From positions 43,402 to 107,401 of the IMG/VR virus record IMGVR_UViG_3300032053_000016: 64,000 nucleotides of DNA, one strand, 5' to 3'. Positions within the stretch are counted from its first letter, which is position 1. Every line of letters starts with the position of its first letter. Below, piece by piece: positions 36,342 through 45,812 of this stretch. The position numbers were made by a program, and so were the translations under genes. The stretch comes from a virus. The notes under the pieces were generated by a model. That model was not told where the DNA came from, made no database searches, and worked only from the letters and a program-made list of their open reading frames with translations.

Positions 36342-38362
36342 GTGTTACTCGTGACGGTAGTTCGCTTCTTAGGCAAGATCCCGAGGTTTTGTAGTTCTTC
36401 CGGAGGTCTGACGTCCTTCAATGTCATCCACGGTGTTTTTTGTCCAAGATATTTGGAGTGCCAGACGTGACCACCCGTCTTCTCTGCAAGCTCCTTCGCT
36501 CGCTCCTTGATGTCAAGATCGGTGACATCGCTCCACGCTTTGTCAAAGAACATGTTGGTCTCCGCGGTGTCAACGTACTCCTTGCCCTCAAGGACGTTCC
36601 AGTGACGCGTCCAGAAGTCACGGTAGAGGCGGATCTTACGCTCGATGTCGAGCCAGCTGGCGTGGTACACAGACGGCACATTCTGCACGACACGACTGAA
36701 CCAGTCCTCGTACATGAGCAACGCCTTCGGGTCGCCTGTCAACGCTAGACGACGAATCTGCTCCATCTCGTTCGTGAGGAAGCCGAGAAACACGATCGGC
36801 TCGCCGGTGTTGACGTCGATCGGGTCGCAACCGTCTGTGCCAGGCAAGGCAACAAGGCGACCTTCCGCATCCTTGGATCGCAGGTGAACTGGCACGCCGT
36901 GCCCGATTCGCGGGGAGTTACGGCTGACGCGCCACTTCCACGGTGTGACATCGAGTCGCACCTTGTCAAGTCCACCCCAATACTCGACGACTGGGAGTGA
37001 CAGCATAGGGACCGCCTTGGGGAAGTTGCCGACGAGCTCGCGAACCTTCTTCCAGTCCTCCTTACGCACGAGCTCGTCGACGTCCATCTGCCAGACGAAG
37101 TCGCCGGTGCAACGCTTGCGTGCTTCGGCCTTCTGCATGCCGTCGAAGAGGGCGGAACGAGGGTCGGACCAGTCACGCTCGACAACATGAACCTTGAGTC
37201 GCGACTCGTGATTCAGTTCAATCGAATGTTCACCAGGCTCTTTTGCATTCGGCAGCAGGTTCGAACGTTGAAGCGCGTAGAGTTTGTCACGCGTTTCATC
37301 TGTGGATCCCGCATCAACCACCACGACCTCGTCGCAGAAGCCAAGCATCGACTTGATGCACTCCTCGAACGGGTACTCCTGCTTCACGCAGTTGAACGTC
37401 GTCGCGTAGCCGGACAGTGTCACCTCCTTAGCCATCGAGCGCGCCGTTGCGCGCCAGAAGACCGCTGGAGCCCCTCGAAGGTACTCCTCGATGTGCGTCA
37501 GGTCATCAGTGGCGAACCACGATTCTTTGGCGTGTTGAACGTGGTCGTTGAGTCTCAACTCGCAACCGAGCAACTTCGCTTCAATGACGAGGCGAGGGCA
37601 TGTGTCGCCGCCGGCTGGGCAGAACACGAGACCCTTCGCGCCAGCGAGCTTGCGCAGCATTTGATCGTACGAGACGCCGCCGATCAGCTCGTAATCGAGC
37701 TCGTCACGTTCAGCGTTGTACACCGACAGTTCGGTGCCTTTCACCCACGAAGTAGACTGGAGGATCAACCACTTGTCAGACTTGACGATGCTCTCTGATC
37801 GAAGTGCTTCGATCGTGCGAAAGAAGCGGTCGTCGAAGACGCTGGAGAGCACGGTGTTGGGGTAGTCAACAAGGAACGGGAAACGGTCGTGGTAAGTCTT
37901 CTGCTGCTCTTCACTCATCCACCAGGTGTGCTCGGCGGCAGACATGAAGCTGGAGACGACGTTGCCAAGCTGAGTCGTGTGACAGTCACACGGCTTGCTC
38001 TCGTTGAGCTCATGTTTTTCAACCGATCGGTACTTGCAGAACTTGTAATCACACTCCACGATCGAGTAACGAAGGTTGGTCGCGATGGAAGGAAAGAGCT
38101 GGGACTTCAGGCTCGAGTAGTTCCCGAACACCCAGAACTTCTTTGCTCCCTGTTTGATGTGCTCGATCGTGAGCTCTGAACAGAGCATCTTGTGCACCTT
38201 CAAAGGTGCAGCGTCGATCAACGCTTGAAGCGTCAACTCGGCGCCTCCAATGAGTTGCTCAGGGTAAGCGTCCGACACGAAGACGATCTGAGCGTCCTCC
38301 GGAAGGAGCGTGTTGAAGTTAAGTTTCGCGAATAGGGATCCGTCTTGTCTCACGCCTGTCAC
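36338..38362 (-). CDS. two-domain glycosyltransferase (GT-B plus GT2)
   Basis: N-terminal half GGAE..DTCPRLVIEAKLLG; C-terminal half VVDAGSTDET, QMDVDE. Confidence 0.88.
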   Translation of the reverse strand: MTGVRQDGSLFAKLNFNTLLPEDAQIVFVSDAYPEQLIGGAELTLQALIDAAPLKVHKMLCSELTIEHIKQGAKKFWVFGNYSSLKSQLFPSIATNLRYSIVECDYKFCKYRSVEKHELNESKPCDCHTTQLGNVVSSFMSAAEHTWWMSEEQQKTYHDRFPFLVDYPNTVLSSVFDDRFFRTIEALRSESIVKSDKWLILQSTSWVKGTELSVYNAERDELDYELIGGVSYDQMLRKLAGAKGLVFCPAGGDTCPRLVIEAKLLGCELRLNDHVQHAKESWFATDDLTHIEEYLRGAPAVFWRATARSMAKEVTLSGYATTFNCVKQEYPFEECIKSMLGFCDEVVVVDAGSTDETRDKLYALQRSNLLPNAKEPGEHSIELNHESRLKVHVVERDWSDPRSALFDGMQKAEARKRCTGDFVWQMDVDELVRKEDWKKVRELVGNFPKAVPMLSLPVVEYWGGLDKVRLDVTPWKWRVSRNSPRIGHGVPVHLRSKDAEGRLVALPGTDGCDPIDVNTGEPIVFLGFLTNEMEQIRRLALTGDPKALLMYEDWFSRVVQNVPSVYHASWLDIERKIRLYRDFWTRHWNVLEGKEYVDTAETNMFFDKAWSDVTDLDIKERAKELAEKTGGHVWHSKYLGQKTPWMTLKDVRPPEELQNLGILPKKRTTVTSNT

Positions 38363-38567
38363 TCTAGCAGCTGATCGCTGGGTAGTAGGCCGAAACCTTC
38401 GGTTTCATGTGACTACGCTCAATCCAGTACTCTTTAAATCTGATCTTCTTAAGAGATCGATCTCCCTTCAAATTTCTCTGATCGAGAGCCTGATAGCTCA
38501 TTACAATCGAAAAGGCGGTTGGGTGGGGTCGGAGGATCTAAGGGACATGTTGTCGCGTATGTAGAGA
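38363..38567. promoter_or_regulatory. divergent intergenic control region (strand switch)
   Basis: Longest non-coding gap in the window; AT-rich core, clustered GATC sites, TACAAT near 38502, TATGTA at 38558. Confidence 0.5.
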
Positions 38568-39041
38568 GTGATGCCTCCTCGCCGCAAGCTATCCGACGAC
38601 GATCTGGAGTTTCTTGTAAAAGAGATCCACAGTAAACTTGACGGAGTCGTCTTCAACGGCGGGTTCGAAACGTTGGTTTCTAACGTCCAGATCATCCAGA
38701 AGACGCAGGAGGAAATGCTGGTCAAGATGGAGGACGTTCACAAGGTCATCTACGAGCCAGACGATGGTCTCTTCGCTCGCGTGAAGAAAGTGGAGACGAA
38801 CCACGATCACGAGTTAGCACCCCTGCGCCGCGAGGTTGACGATCTCGACAAGTGGCGTGAGAAGCTTCAAGCGCAAGACGGGTTGTTCGAGATGGCAGTT
38901 CAAGCTCACAAGGACGTGAAAGAGTTGAACGCGTGGAAGAAGCGCATCATCGCTCTCGTCGTCGCAGCAGCTAGCAGCACGCTTCTCATGGGTCTGAAGA
39001 CGTTCTACGACCTCATGAAAGACCACGTATCGCTGCACTAA
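38568..39041 (+). CDS. coiled-coil protein with a C-terminal TM helix
   Basis: Heptad pattern followed by IIALVVAAASSTLLMGL. Confidence 0.65.
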   Translation: MMPPRRKLSDDDLEFLVKEIHSKLDGVVFNGGFETLVSNVQIIQKTQEEMLVKMEDVHKVIYEPDDGLFARVKKVETNHDHELAPLRREVDDLDKWREKLQAQDGLFEMAVQAHKDVKELNAWKKRIIALVVAAASSTLLMGLKTFYDLMKDHVSLH

Positions 39042-39050
39042 CATGCTCAC

Positions 39051-40256
39051 GTGAAGTTGAGCAAAGCTTCGATCGTTGAGGGGGTGACGGCCGCGAAAGC
39101 CTACACGGGTGGAGGCGTCACGATCGTTGGCAGAGACTCTCTGTCAAGAGTGGCTGTCGTTGGGCCAATGGGCCTACTGCTGAACACGCGAGCGCCTGAC
39201 GACCTAGATGACGGCGCAGTGCACCCGTTCCTGATGGCGTTAGAGCACGCTCGCGTTAGCGAGACGCAAGGCCCTGGATCGCTACGTGCGAGCGTCGTCT
39301 ACGCTGACAGGCTTCTTCGAGGAGCCTCGCCAGCGTCACGTGAGCTGACTGGTCGCACGTTCACTCGCGCCGACGTCGCGCGCGTGGCTGGAGGCATCCT
39401 CGACGCCGACGATGTTGAGGCGATGACGGTGTTTGTTCAAGACGCAGGCGCTAGTCGGTACATTGTTGAGCGACAGCCGGCGAGAGCAGACAGCGTCGAG
39501 TTCGTTGACAGCTACGAGTTCAAACACACATCGAAATCCATCGATGGCACGGTGTGCATGGACGGCGCTCGAGTGTTGGTCGCAGACGGCTACATCGAGA
39601 CAGTTGCCGAGATCCACGGCGTGCTTGACCGCTGCGCGAAGGAGGGTGAGAGACTGCTTATCTGCGGTCGTGGATTCTCGGATGATGTGATGCACACGTT
39701 GGCCGTGAACCGTTCACGTGGGACATTGGTGGCGTACGCGTTGACCTTCCCGTTCGACGATACGGATGCGAACACGCTGGTTGACGTGGCAACGATCGTG
39801 GGAGGAGACGTTGTTTCCTCTCTCAAGGGCCAGTTGTACTCAGCTGTCGATGTGACCGCGTTGCCGCGCGTTCCATACGCGCGTTTGCGCGGGCAGACGT
39901 TAGATTTCCGTGGCGAAGGCACGGCTGAACGTGCGGCAGCAGTGCTCCTTGGCGTTCAGAGCAAACTCGCTGAGTCCGAAGACCCAGTGCGTTCCATCCT
40001 TGAACGTCGCGTGAGACGCCTCTCAGGGGCATGCATGATCGTGCGCTTGGAAGATGGAGTCAACCACCTCTCACGTGTGGAGGCTTGGGATCTCGCGCTC
40101 AGAAGCCTGCGAGCCGCGACACATGGCGTCGTGGACGCGACTGACAACGAAGCTTGGCCTGGACGCGACGTGGTGCCGTTGAGCTCGGTGGCCATGGCCC
40201 ACGAGACGGCACGCAAGCTCGTTCGAGCGTTAGAGTCGCTGGATTCTTATGTCTGA
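39051..40256 (+). CDS. divergent GroEL/chaperonin-like protein
   Basis: Apical-domain signature VLVADGYI..LLICGRGFSDDVMHTLAVNR..LVDVATIVGGDVVS; ERRVRRLSG. Confidence 0.75.
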   Translation: MKLSKASIVEGVTAAKAYTGGGVTIVGRDSLSRVAVVGPMGLLLNTRAPDDLDDGAVHPFLMALEHARVSETQGPGSLRASVVYADRLLRGASPASRELTGRTFTRADVARVAGGILDADDVEAMTVFVQDAGASRYIVERQPARADSVEFVDSYEFKHTSKSIDGTVCMDGARVLVADGYIETVAEIHGVLDRCAKEGERLLICGRGFSDDVMHTLAVNRSRGTLVAYALTFPFDDTDANTLVDVATIVGGDVVSSLKGQLYSAVDVTALPRVPYARLRGQTLDFRGEGTAERAAAVLLGVQSKLAESEDPVRSILERRVRRLSGACMIVRLEDGVNHLSRVEAWDLALRSLRAATHGVVDATDNEAWPGRDVVPLSSVAMAHETARKLVRALESLDSYV

Positions 40257-41225
40257 TCAGCTAACAGGCGCGGCGGCCGGCGGAACGTTGCCAGGGCCAA
40301 GCTTGTTCGACGGCTTCGCGGGTACCTGGATGTCCATCAACCCCTTGGCTTTTGCCAAGGCTTGGATCACCTTGTTCGCAGCATCCTTGTCGACCCCTGA
40401 CTGGCTAGCGATGAAGTACGCGATGTCGCTGATCTTCGCAGCGTCAGTTGTAGCGTCAAGGCGTTTGTTGGCGGTTGGAGGAGCGACCTGCGATGGTGTC
40501 GGGGCAATTGCACCCTTTGTGGCTGCCGCTGCTTGTGTTGGAGCAGTCGCGGTCGTGCCTGTGGTGGGAGCTCCGCTTGCTGCCGGGGTTGGAGCAGCCT
40601 GGCCCGCAGTCGCGGGTTGAGCAGTCTGCGCCGGTGGAGCCGGTGGCGCAATTTGTGGAGTAGCAGCGATCTGCTGCGCATTCTTGAAAAGCATTTGCGG
40701 ATTTGTGTTCTGCAGCAACTCTTGAGCGGCTGCCTTGACGTTCATGACGTACGGCAATTTGCCGAACGCTTTCGTCATGATGGCGATCAATTGTTCTTGC
40801 TTCTCGGCAGGAACTAACTCTAACATGGATTTCTGGTTTTCCTGCTCCATGCCAGCTGGGACGAAACCCTTTGCAAGCGTGGGGATGTTTGCCAAACCGG
40901 CACGGATTCCATTCGCAAGATTCACTGCTTTTGCGACAGGATCTCCGCCAAGCCCAAACACATTCTTGATACCTTGCTTCAACCCACCTTGGATGTAGTT
41001 GTGAAGTTCGTTCGTCGCCTTGTCGATGGCCATGTTGAAGAGGTCAGCGTTAGGTGGAACAAGGTTTTTGAGCTTCGCTAATGCATCCTCATACTGCTTC
41101 ATTTTTGCAGGATCAAGTCCAGCCTCCGTGAGTTGGGAAACACCTTCGCGTGGTGTTCGCTGTTCGTAAACGTTCTTGAGCGTGCGATCCTTGAGCCTGA
41201 TCATGTTGGTAACTAGCCGATTCAC
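40257..41225 (-). CDS. hypothetical protein with an Ala/Pro/Thr/Gln-rich region
   Basis: 322 aa; the only minus-strand gene in the plus-strand block. Confidence 0.7.
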   Translation of the reverse strand: MNRLVTNMIRLKDRTLKNVYEQRTPREGVSQLTEAGLDPAKMKQYEDALAKLKNLVPPNADLFNMAIDKATNELHNYIQGGLKQGIKNVFGLGGDPVAKAVNLANGIRAGLANIPTLAKGFVPAGMEQENQKSMLELVPAEKQEQLIAIMTKAFGKLPYVMNVKAAAQELLQNTNPQMLFKNAQQIAATPQIAPPAPPAQTAQPATAGQAAPTPAASGAPTTGTTATAPTQAAAATKGAIAPTPSQVAPPTANKRLDATTDAAKISDIAYFIASQSGVDKDAANKVIQALAKAKGLMDIQVPAKPSNKLGPGNVPPAAAPVS

Positions 41226-41242
41226 GACGTAAGATAGACATC

Positions 41243-41509
41243 ATGCAAAAGCAACGCAATGCGGCCGAGAAATCCCTTCTTGAGATGGCAGAATCCATCA
41301 AGACGGTCGTCGATCAACGTCTCTACGCAGCGCTTGGTGAGTCCGGTGTGGAACGACAGAAGTCCCACAAGATCCTCGCGATCGTCAACGCGGCGATCGA
41401 TGAGACCTACGGACGTTCTGCTAAGCACTTCGATAAGACGCTTGATACTCTTGTGAAGGCAGTCCAGGAGGACTGCCAGCTCAAGGGTTCCAAAAGCGCG
41501 AACAAGTGA
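41243..41509 (+). CDS. hypothetical protein
   Basis: 88 aa, first of a co-oriented run. Confidence 0.6.
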   Translation: MQKQRNAAEKSLLEMAESIKTVVDQRLYAALGESGVERQKSHKILAIVNAAIDETYGRSAKHFDKTLDTLVKAVQEDCQLKGSKSANK

Positions 41510-41524
41510 AAGCTGGGTGAAACG

Positions 41525-41998
41525 GTGGCGAAACATGGTGTCAAACATCTTGTTAAATGCGTCTGTGTACTTCCGCAGCTGAGCAAGCAAAAGGATCCAC
41601 CGTCGCACGAGTTCACGGTCTTCTCGATCTACGACGACGATCCCGAGGATTTCGAGACGTCGTTCGTGCAGTGCGACAACTGCAGTGTGATTCATAAGGT
41701 CACGGACGTCTGTGTATCCTCCATCTTACGTGGCCGTGACGAGATGAAATCGATCGTCACGCTTGACGACGTCAAAGGATCGGTGCCGTCTAAATTGGCA
41801 GCCATCCTCGATCAAAACAAGGTGGATCTGCCAACGTGGCAACAGGTTGCCTGGATCGTGGAGACCAAACAATGGGGCGCTTACGTCATCCTAACATCCG
41901 AATACGTTGATGGAGCTCGTCAAGGAAAGATCATGACGATCCTTGATGACACTCTCTACAAGATCAGCAACTTCACAAACGAGACAGCAACAAGATGA
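41525..41998 (+). CDS. hypothetical Cys-containing protein
   Basis: CVC..CDNC..H. Confidence 0.7.
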   Translation: MAKHGVKHLVKCVCVLPQLSKQKDPPSHEFTVFSIYDDDPEDFETSFVQCDNCSVIHKVTDVCVSSILRGRDEMKSIVTLDDVKGSVPSKLAAILDQNKVDLPTWQQVAWIVETKQWGAYVILTSEYVDGARQGKIMTILDDTLYKISNFTNETATR

Positions 41999-42231
41999 AC
42001 GAACAGAACATCGGCAACTCCGACGGTGACAAGAAGGTTCAAGACCTGCAACTCTGCCGTGATGTGGTGCATGAGATCATGAACCTCAACCCATCTCAAA
42101 CCCAAATACTGATGGTGATCCAACTACTTGGATGTGAACTGCTTCACCACGAACAGATGGTTGAGGTGGTCGCAATGACCAAAGAGTTCATGAAGGGTCA
42201 GAATGCGTTGTTCATCCCCGACGAAGAGTAA
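41995..42231 (+). CDS. hypothetical protein
   Basis: 78 aa, coupled. Confidence 0.6.
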   Translation: MNEQNIGNSDGDKKVQDLQLCRDVVHEIMNLNPSQTQILMVIQLLGCELLHHEQMVEVVAMTKEFMKGQNALFIPDEE

Positions 42232-42253
42232 AGAACGTACCAGCTTGTGAAGC

Positions 42254-42844
42254 ATGGGACGTTCAACAGTCATCAACGGCAACGCGTCGCTCGGATCTGG
42301 CGACGAATCAACGGCGATCCAACTCGCTGAACGCATCGTGTACCTGGCTGGTGAGGTGAACGAGCAGGCCATCGCTCACGTGACAGCAACGATCATCGCG
42401 TTGGCAAATTTAGACAAAACGTCACCTATCAAGCTCATAATCAGCACGTATGGAGGTTCCGTCGATGAGATGTTTAGCCTCTACGACATCATCAAGTACG
42501 TTCCATGCCCTGTTCACACGATCGCGATAGGCAAGGTGATGTCAGCTGGTGTTCTCCTCGTCGCATCTGGACAGAAGGGAAGTCGACTCATCGGTCGTTC
42601 CACACGTCTGATGATCCACCCGATCTCGGCCGGTCAAGAAGGCACCGTCTTCCAGTTGAAGAACGAACTGTCTGAATCTGTTCGTATGCAAGCTTTGATG
42701 GAAGAATTACTTGCTGCAAACACGAAGATGACAAAGACACAGGTTGCATCTCTCATGAAAAAAGGGTGTGACACGTACATTACTGCGAAAGAAGCAGTGA
42801 AACTTGGCATCGTTGATGCTATCTTTGAAGCACGGGAGAAATGA
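42254..42844 (+). CDS. clpP: ATP-dependent Clp protease proteolytic subunit
   Basis: STYGGSV, VMSAG (Ser), LMIHP (His), DTYITAKEAVKLGIVD (Asp). Confidence 0.92.
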   Translation: MGRSTVINGNASLGSGDESTAIQLAERIVYLAGEVNEQAIAHVTATIIALANLDKTSPIKLIISTYGGSVDEMFSLYDIIKYVPCPVHTIAIGKVMSAGVLLVASGQKGSRLIGRSTRLMIHPISAGQEGTVFQLKNELSESVRMQALMEELLAANTKMTKTQVASLMKKGCDTYITAKEAVKLGIVDAIFEAREK

Positions 42845-42845
42845 T

Positions 42846-43055
42846 ATGGAAGGCACACTGAAAGAAAAGATCGACGCGCTCAAGAACCTGCTCGACTCGC
42901 TGGACGATGACGTTCAGAAGAGTGATGAGGGTACGCTCGCAGCTGGTGGGCGGGCGCGAAAGCTGCTTCAGGAACTCAAGAGGCTTGCGCAAGACGCACG
43001 ACTCTTCTGTCTGGAGCGTGATCACGTTCGCAAGACGACCGCGAAGACCTCGTAG
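42846..43055 (+). CDS. histone H1-like Hc1-family small protein
   Basis: DVQKSDEGTLAAGGRARKLLQELK resembles the Hc1 pattern K..GNKAAGTRARK. Confidence 0.7.
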   Translation: MEGTLKEKIDALKNLLDSLDDDVQKSDEGTLAAGGRARKLLQELKRLAQDARLFCLERDHVRKTTAKTS

Positions 43056-43090
43056 TAGACATCTGACGTGGAGGCGTACTTAAACAGGAA

Positions 43091-43507
43091 ATGCCAGCCC
43101 CTAAAGCCTTCCTCCGCGACATGCATGACTTCAAGCTCGATCCCAAGGTGGCCTACACAAAAGGCCACCTTGGGCCTGACGGTCGCATGAAAGACACGAG
43201 AACTAGCGACGCAGTTGAACCTGTTGTCACACAAGTTCTTGAACCGTTCACAAATGTCGATGCCACCGCAATCGATCCAGATGAGCCTATGAGATCTGGT
43301 CTTGTGTACACATCCTCAGATGAAATCGTTACACCGCTTGAGACCGTTGAAGTTCCTACGGTCACGATCAAGGCGTCAACGAAAACGAAAGTAAAGTCGA
43401 GCAAGAAATCGACTGCAGTTGTTACGAATACTACATCTGGAGAAGACAACAGTGGTAAAAACGCGGTCGAATCGGACGATGAGAAGCCAGAGTCTACCGA
43501 AGACTGA
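43091..43507 (+). CDS. hypothetical low-complexity protein
   Basis: 138 aa; Ser/Thr/Lys/Glu-rich tail. Confidence 0.6.
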   Translation: MPAPKAFLRDMHDFKLDPKVAYTKGHLGPDGRMKDTRTSDAVEPVVTQVLEPFTNVDATAIDPDEPMRSGLVYTSSDEIVTPLETVEVPTVTIKASTKTKVKSSKKSTAVVTNTTSGEDNSGKNAVESDDEKPESTED

Positions 43508-44843
43508 TCAGCGTAAGACTTTCATTCTTGACACAAACGTTTTCCTCAGTGACGTCGACGCGATCGGCTCGTTTGGGGACAACGATGTGGTCATTCCACT
43601 TGCTGTCTTAGAGGAGTTGGATTCCAACAAGAAGCGAATGGACGAGGTGGGTCGTAACGCACGTTCGGCATGTCGAAAGCTCGACGCGCTTCGTGACGTT
43701 GGAAGTCTGCATGATTGGGTCCCTCTCCCTAACGGAGGTCGGATCTGTGTTATGCAGAACAAGGCTGACGCGAAATCCATCCTGCCGTCTGAACTCCACA
43801 GCGACAAGAACGATAACCTGGTCATTGCGTGTGCGCTTCAACTCAAGGATAGCGATCCCATCGTTGTGTCGAAAGACATCAACGTTCGTGTGAAATGTGA
43901 TGCACTTGGTGTCATTGCTCAAGACTACTTGAAGCAGCGTGCAGCCGACATGGCTGAGAACCTCTACACAGGCGTGCTTGTCACTCCACTCGACGACGAT
44001 CTTGTCGCCACTGTGTGGGCGACTAGGCAACTAGACATCGACGACGTGCCTCACGACACACATCCCAACCAGATCGTCGTCATCCCACGCAGTGGTGATG
44101 CAGCGACCACGACAGTTGTCCGTCACATGAACGGCAAGTATCGTCTTGTAAAGGAACATCGTGACGTGTTTGGGCTTGAGCCACGTAACAAGGAACAGAA
44201 CTTCGCTCTGGATCTGCTGTTGGATGAGAACGTGAAGCTTGTCACACTGGTTGGCCCCGCCGGATGTGGAAAGACCTTGATCGCTCTCGCGGCTGGGTTG
44301 CAACAGACGCTTGGTGCACATCCGATCTACGACAAGCTCGTTGTGACCCGTCCTATCGAGCCGCTCGGTCGCGACATTGGATTTCTTCCTGGAACATTTG
44401 AAGAGAAGATGGCGCCATGGATCGCGCCGATCCGTGATAACCTTGGCTTCCTACTCTCTCACAAGGGGAAGAGTGGTAAGAAAGGAGCCAAGGATATCGA
44501 AAGCGATCCGTACATCAACATGCTCTTTGAGCAGAAGAAGATCGAGATCGAGGCTGTCGCGTACATTCGTGGGCGCTCCATTCCAAACTCGTTCATCATC
44601 ATCGATGAAGCGCAGAACCTCTCAGTCCACCAACTCAAGACGATCATCACACGCTCAGGTGAGAACACGAAGATCGTTCTCTGTGGTGACGTGCATCAGA
44701 TCGATGTCACGCACATGGACGCCGTCTCCAACGGTCTGTCGTACGTGGTTGAAGCCTTTAAAGACGAAGAAATGGCTGGTCACGTCACCTTGATCAAGGG
44801 AGAGCGCTCAGCATTGGCCACGCGTGCAGCTGAACTGCTGTGA
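43479..44843 (+). CDS. phoH: PIN-domain PhoH-family ATPase
   Basis: ILDTNV, VLEELD, VSKDINVR (PIN); GPAGCGKT, IGFLPG, RGRS, DEAQN (PhoH). Confidence 0.93.
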   Translation: MRSQSLPKTDQRKTFILDTNVFLSDVDAIGSFGDNDVVIPLAVLEELDSNKKRMDEVGRNARSACRKLDALRDVGSLHDWVPLPNGGRICVMQNKADAKSILPSELHSDKNDNLVIACALQLKDSDPIVVSKDINVRVKCDALGVIAQDYLKQRAADMAENLYTGVLVTPLDDDLVATVWATRQLDIDDVPHDTHPNQIVVIPRSGDAATTTVVRHMNGKYRLVKEHRDVFGLEPRNKEQNFALDLLLDENVKLVTLVGPAGCGKTLIALAAGLQQTLGAHPIYDKLVVTRPIEPLGRDIGFLPGTFEEKMAPWIAPIRDNLGFLLSHKGKSGKKGAKDIESDPYINMLFEQKKIEIEAVAYIRGRSIPNSFIIIDEAQNLSVHQLKTIITRSGENTKIVLCGDVHQIDVTHMDAVSNGLSYVVEAFKDEEMAGHVTLIKGERSALATRAAELL

Positions 44844-44875
44844 AAGCTTGATGTTGGTTATCTAGAGTCGTCTCA

Positions 44876-45808
44876 ATGGGGCTACTCGATCCTAAGTCAC
44901 GTGTTCTAGACGTTGTGTTGACCGATCAGGGTCGAGAAGCGTTGGCACGCGACGCGTTCAAGATTGCTTACTACAGTCTGACAGACGCGACGACGTTTTA
45001 CGAGCTCGACGTAAGCGGATCGTCTGACGTCACTGTGCGGGTGCATGCTGAATGCTCCCCAAACACTCCACAGGACGTCATCAGCCTGTTGACGGATGAC
45101 GCAGGGCAGGTGACGCGTGTGCGTTCTACGGCAATGCCTACTGGCTCTGTTTACGGTGGACACATCCTACAAGGCGCTTACCAAGATGAACGCATCTTGT
45201 CGGGTAGTGCCTTTGCTTCGATGGCCGGGCTCATTCTGTCTTCGTCGCTGGACAACCTGAAGAACAACTACGTGCTTGGAACGGTGGATGAGTTTTTCGA
45301 GGATGAGGAATTTAGGCTTGGTCCAAGTCACGTCAATTTCTCGTTGAGTGTGGCAGATGATCCAACCCACCTGAACACAGCAAATGTGTCAGATCTTGAA
45401 GGTTTCATTCAAGATCCACTGCTAAGTCACGTTCCCAACTTCCAGTACCTGCCTCCTATCAACAAGCGAACCTCTGACGAGGTGCCTGTGTCTCTTCTCG
45501 GTCAGTACTCAGCACTTGGTGGCAACATCCAGATGGATTTCAACGATGTTAAACTGGAGATGAGCGCTGCACGTAACGTCGGAAACGTGCGTACATTCAC
45601 GTTTGATCCAGCACCACGAACGAACAACATCCATTTGCAGTTCTTTGAGCAGACCAGCGCTGGGATGACGAAGTTGGACGTGATCGATTTTGGCACGTAC
45701 CGTGGCGACGCAGGCGCGCCGGTTCGCGTGGTGTTCGTAGGCAAGGTGTACTGGGACGATTACGACGTCGAAACCTTTGTCAGGCTCTTCACGATCACGT
45801 TGGAGTAA
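44876..45808 (+). CDS. putative virion/baseplate protein
   Basis: N-terminus MGLLD..DVVLTDQGREALAR, shared with 56233..56949. Confidence 0.6.
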   Translation: MGLLDPKSRVLDVVLTDQGREALARDAFKIAYYSLTDATTFYELDVSGSSDVTVRVHAECSPNTPQDVISLLTDDAGQVTRVRSTAMPTGSVYGGHILQGAYQDERILSGSAFASMAGLILSSSLDNLKNNYVLGTVDEFFEDEEFRLGPSHVNFSLSVADDPTHLNTANVSDLEGFIQDPLLSHVPNFQYLPPINKRTSDEVPVSLLGQYSALGGNIQMDFNDVKLEMSAARNVGNVRTFTFDPAPRTNNIHLQFFEQTSAGMTKLDVIDFGTYRGDAGAPVRVVFVGKVYWDDYDVETFVRLFTITLE

Positions 45809-45812
45809 GAGA

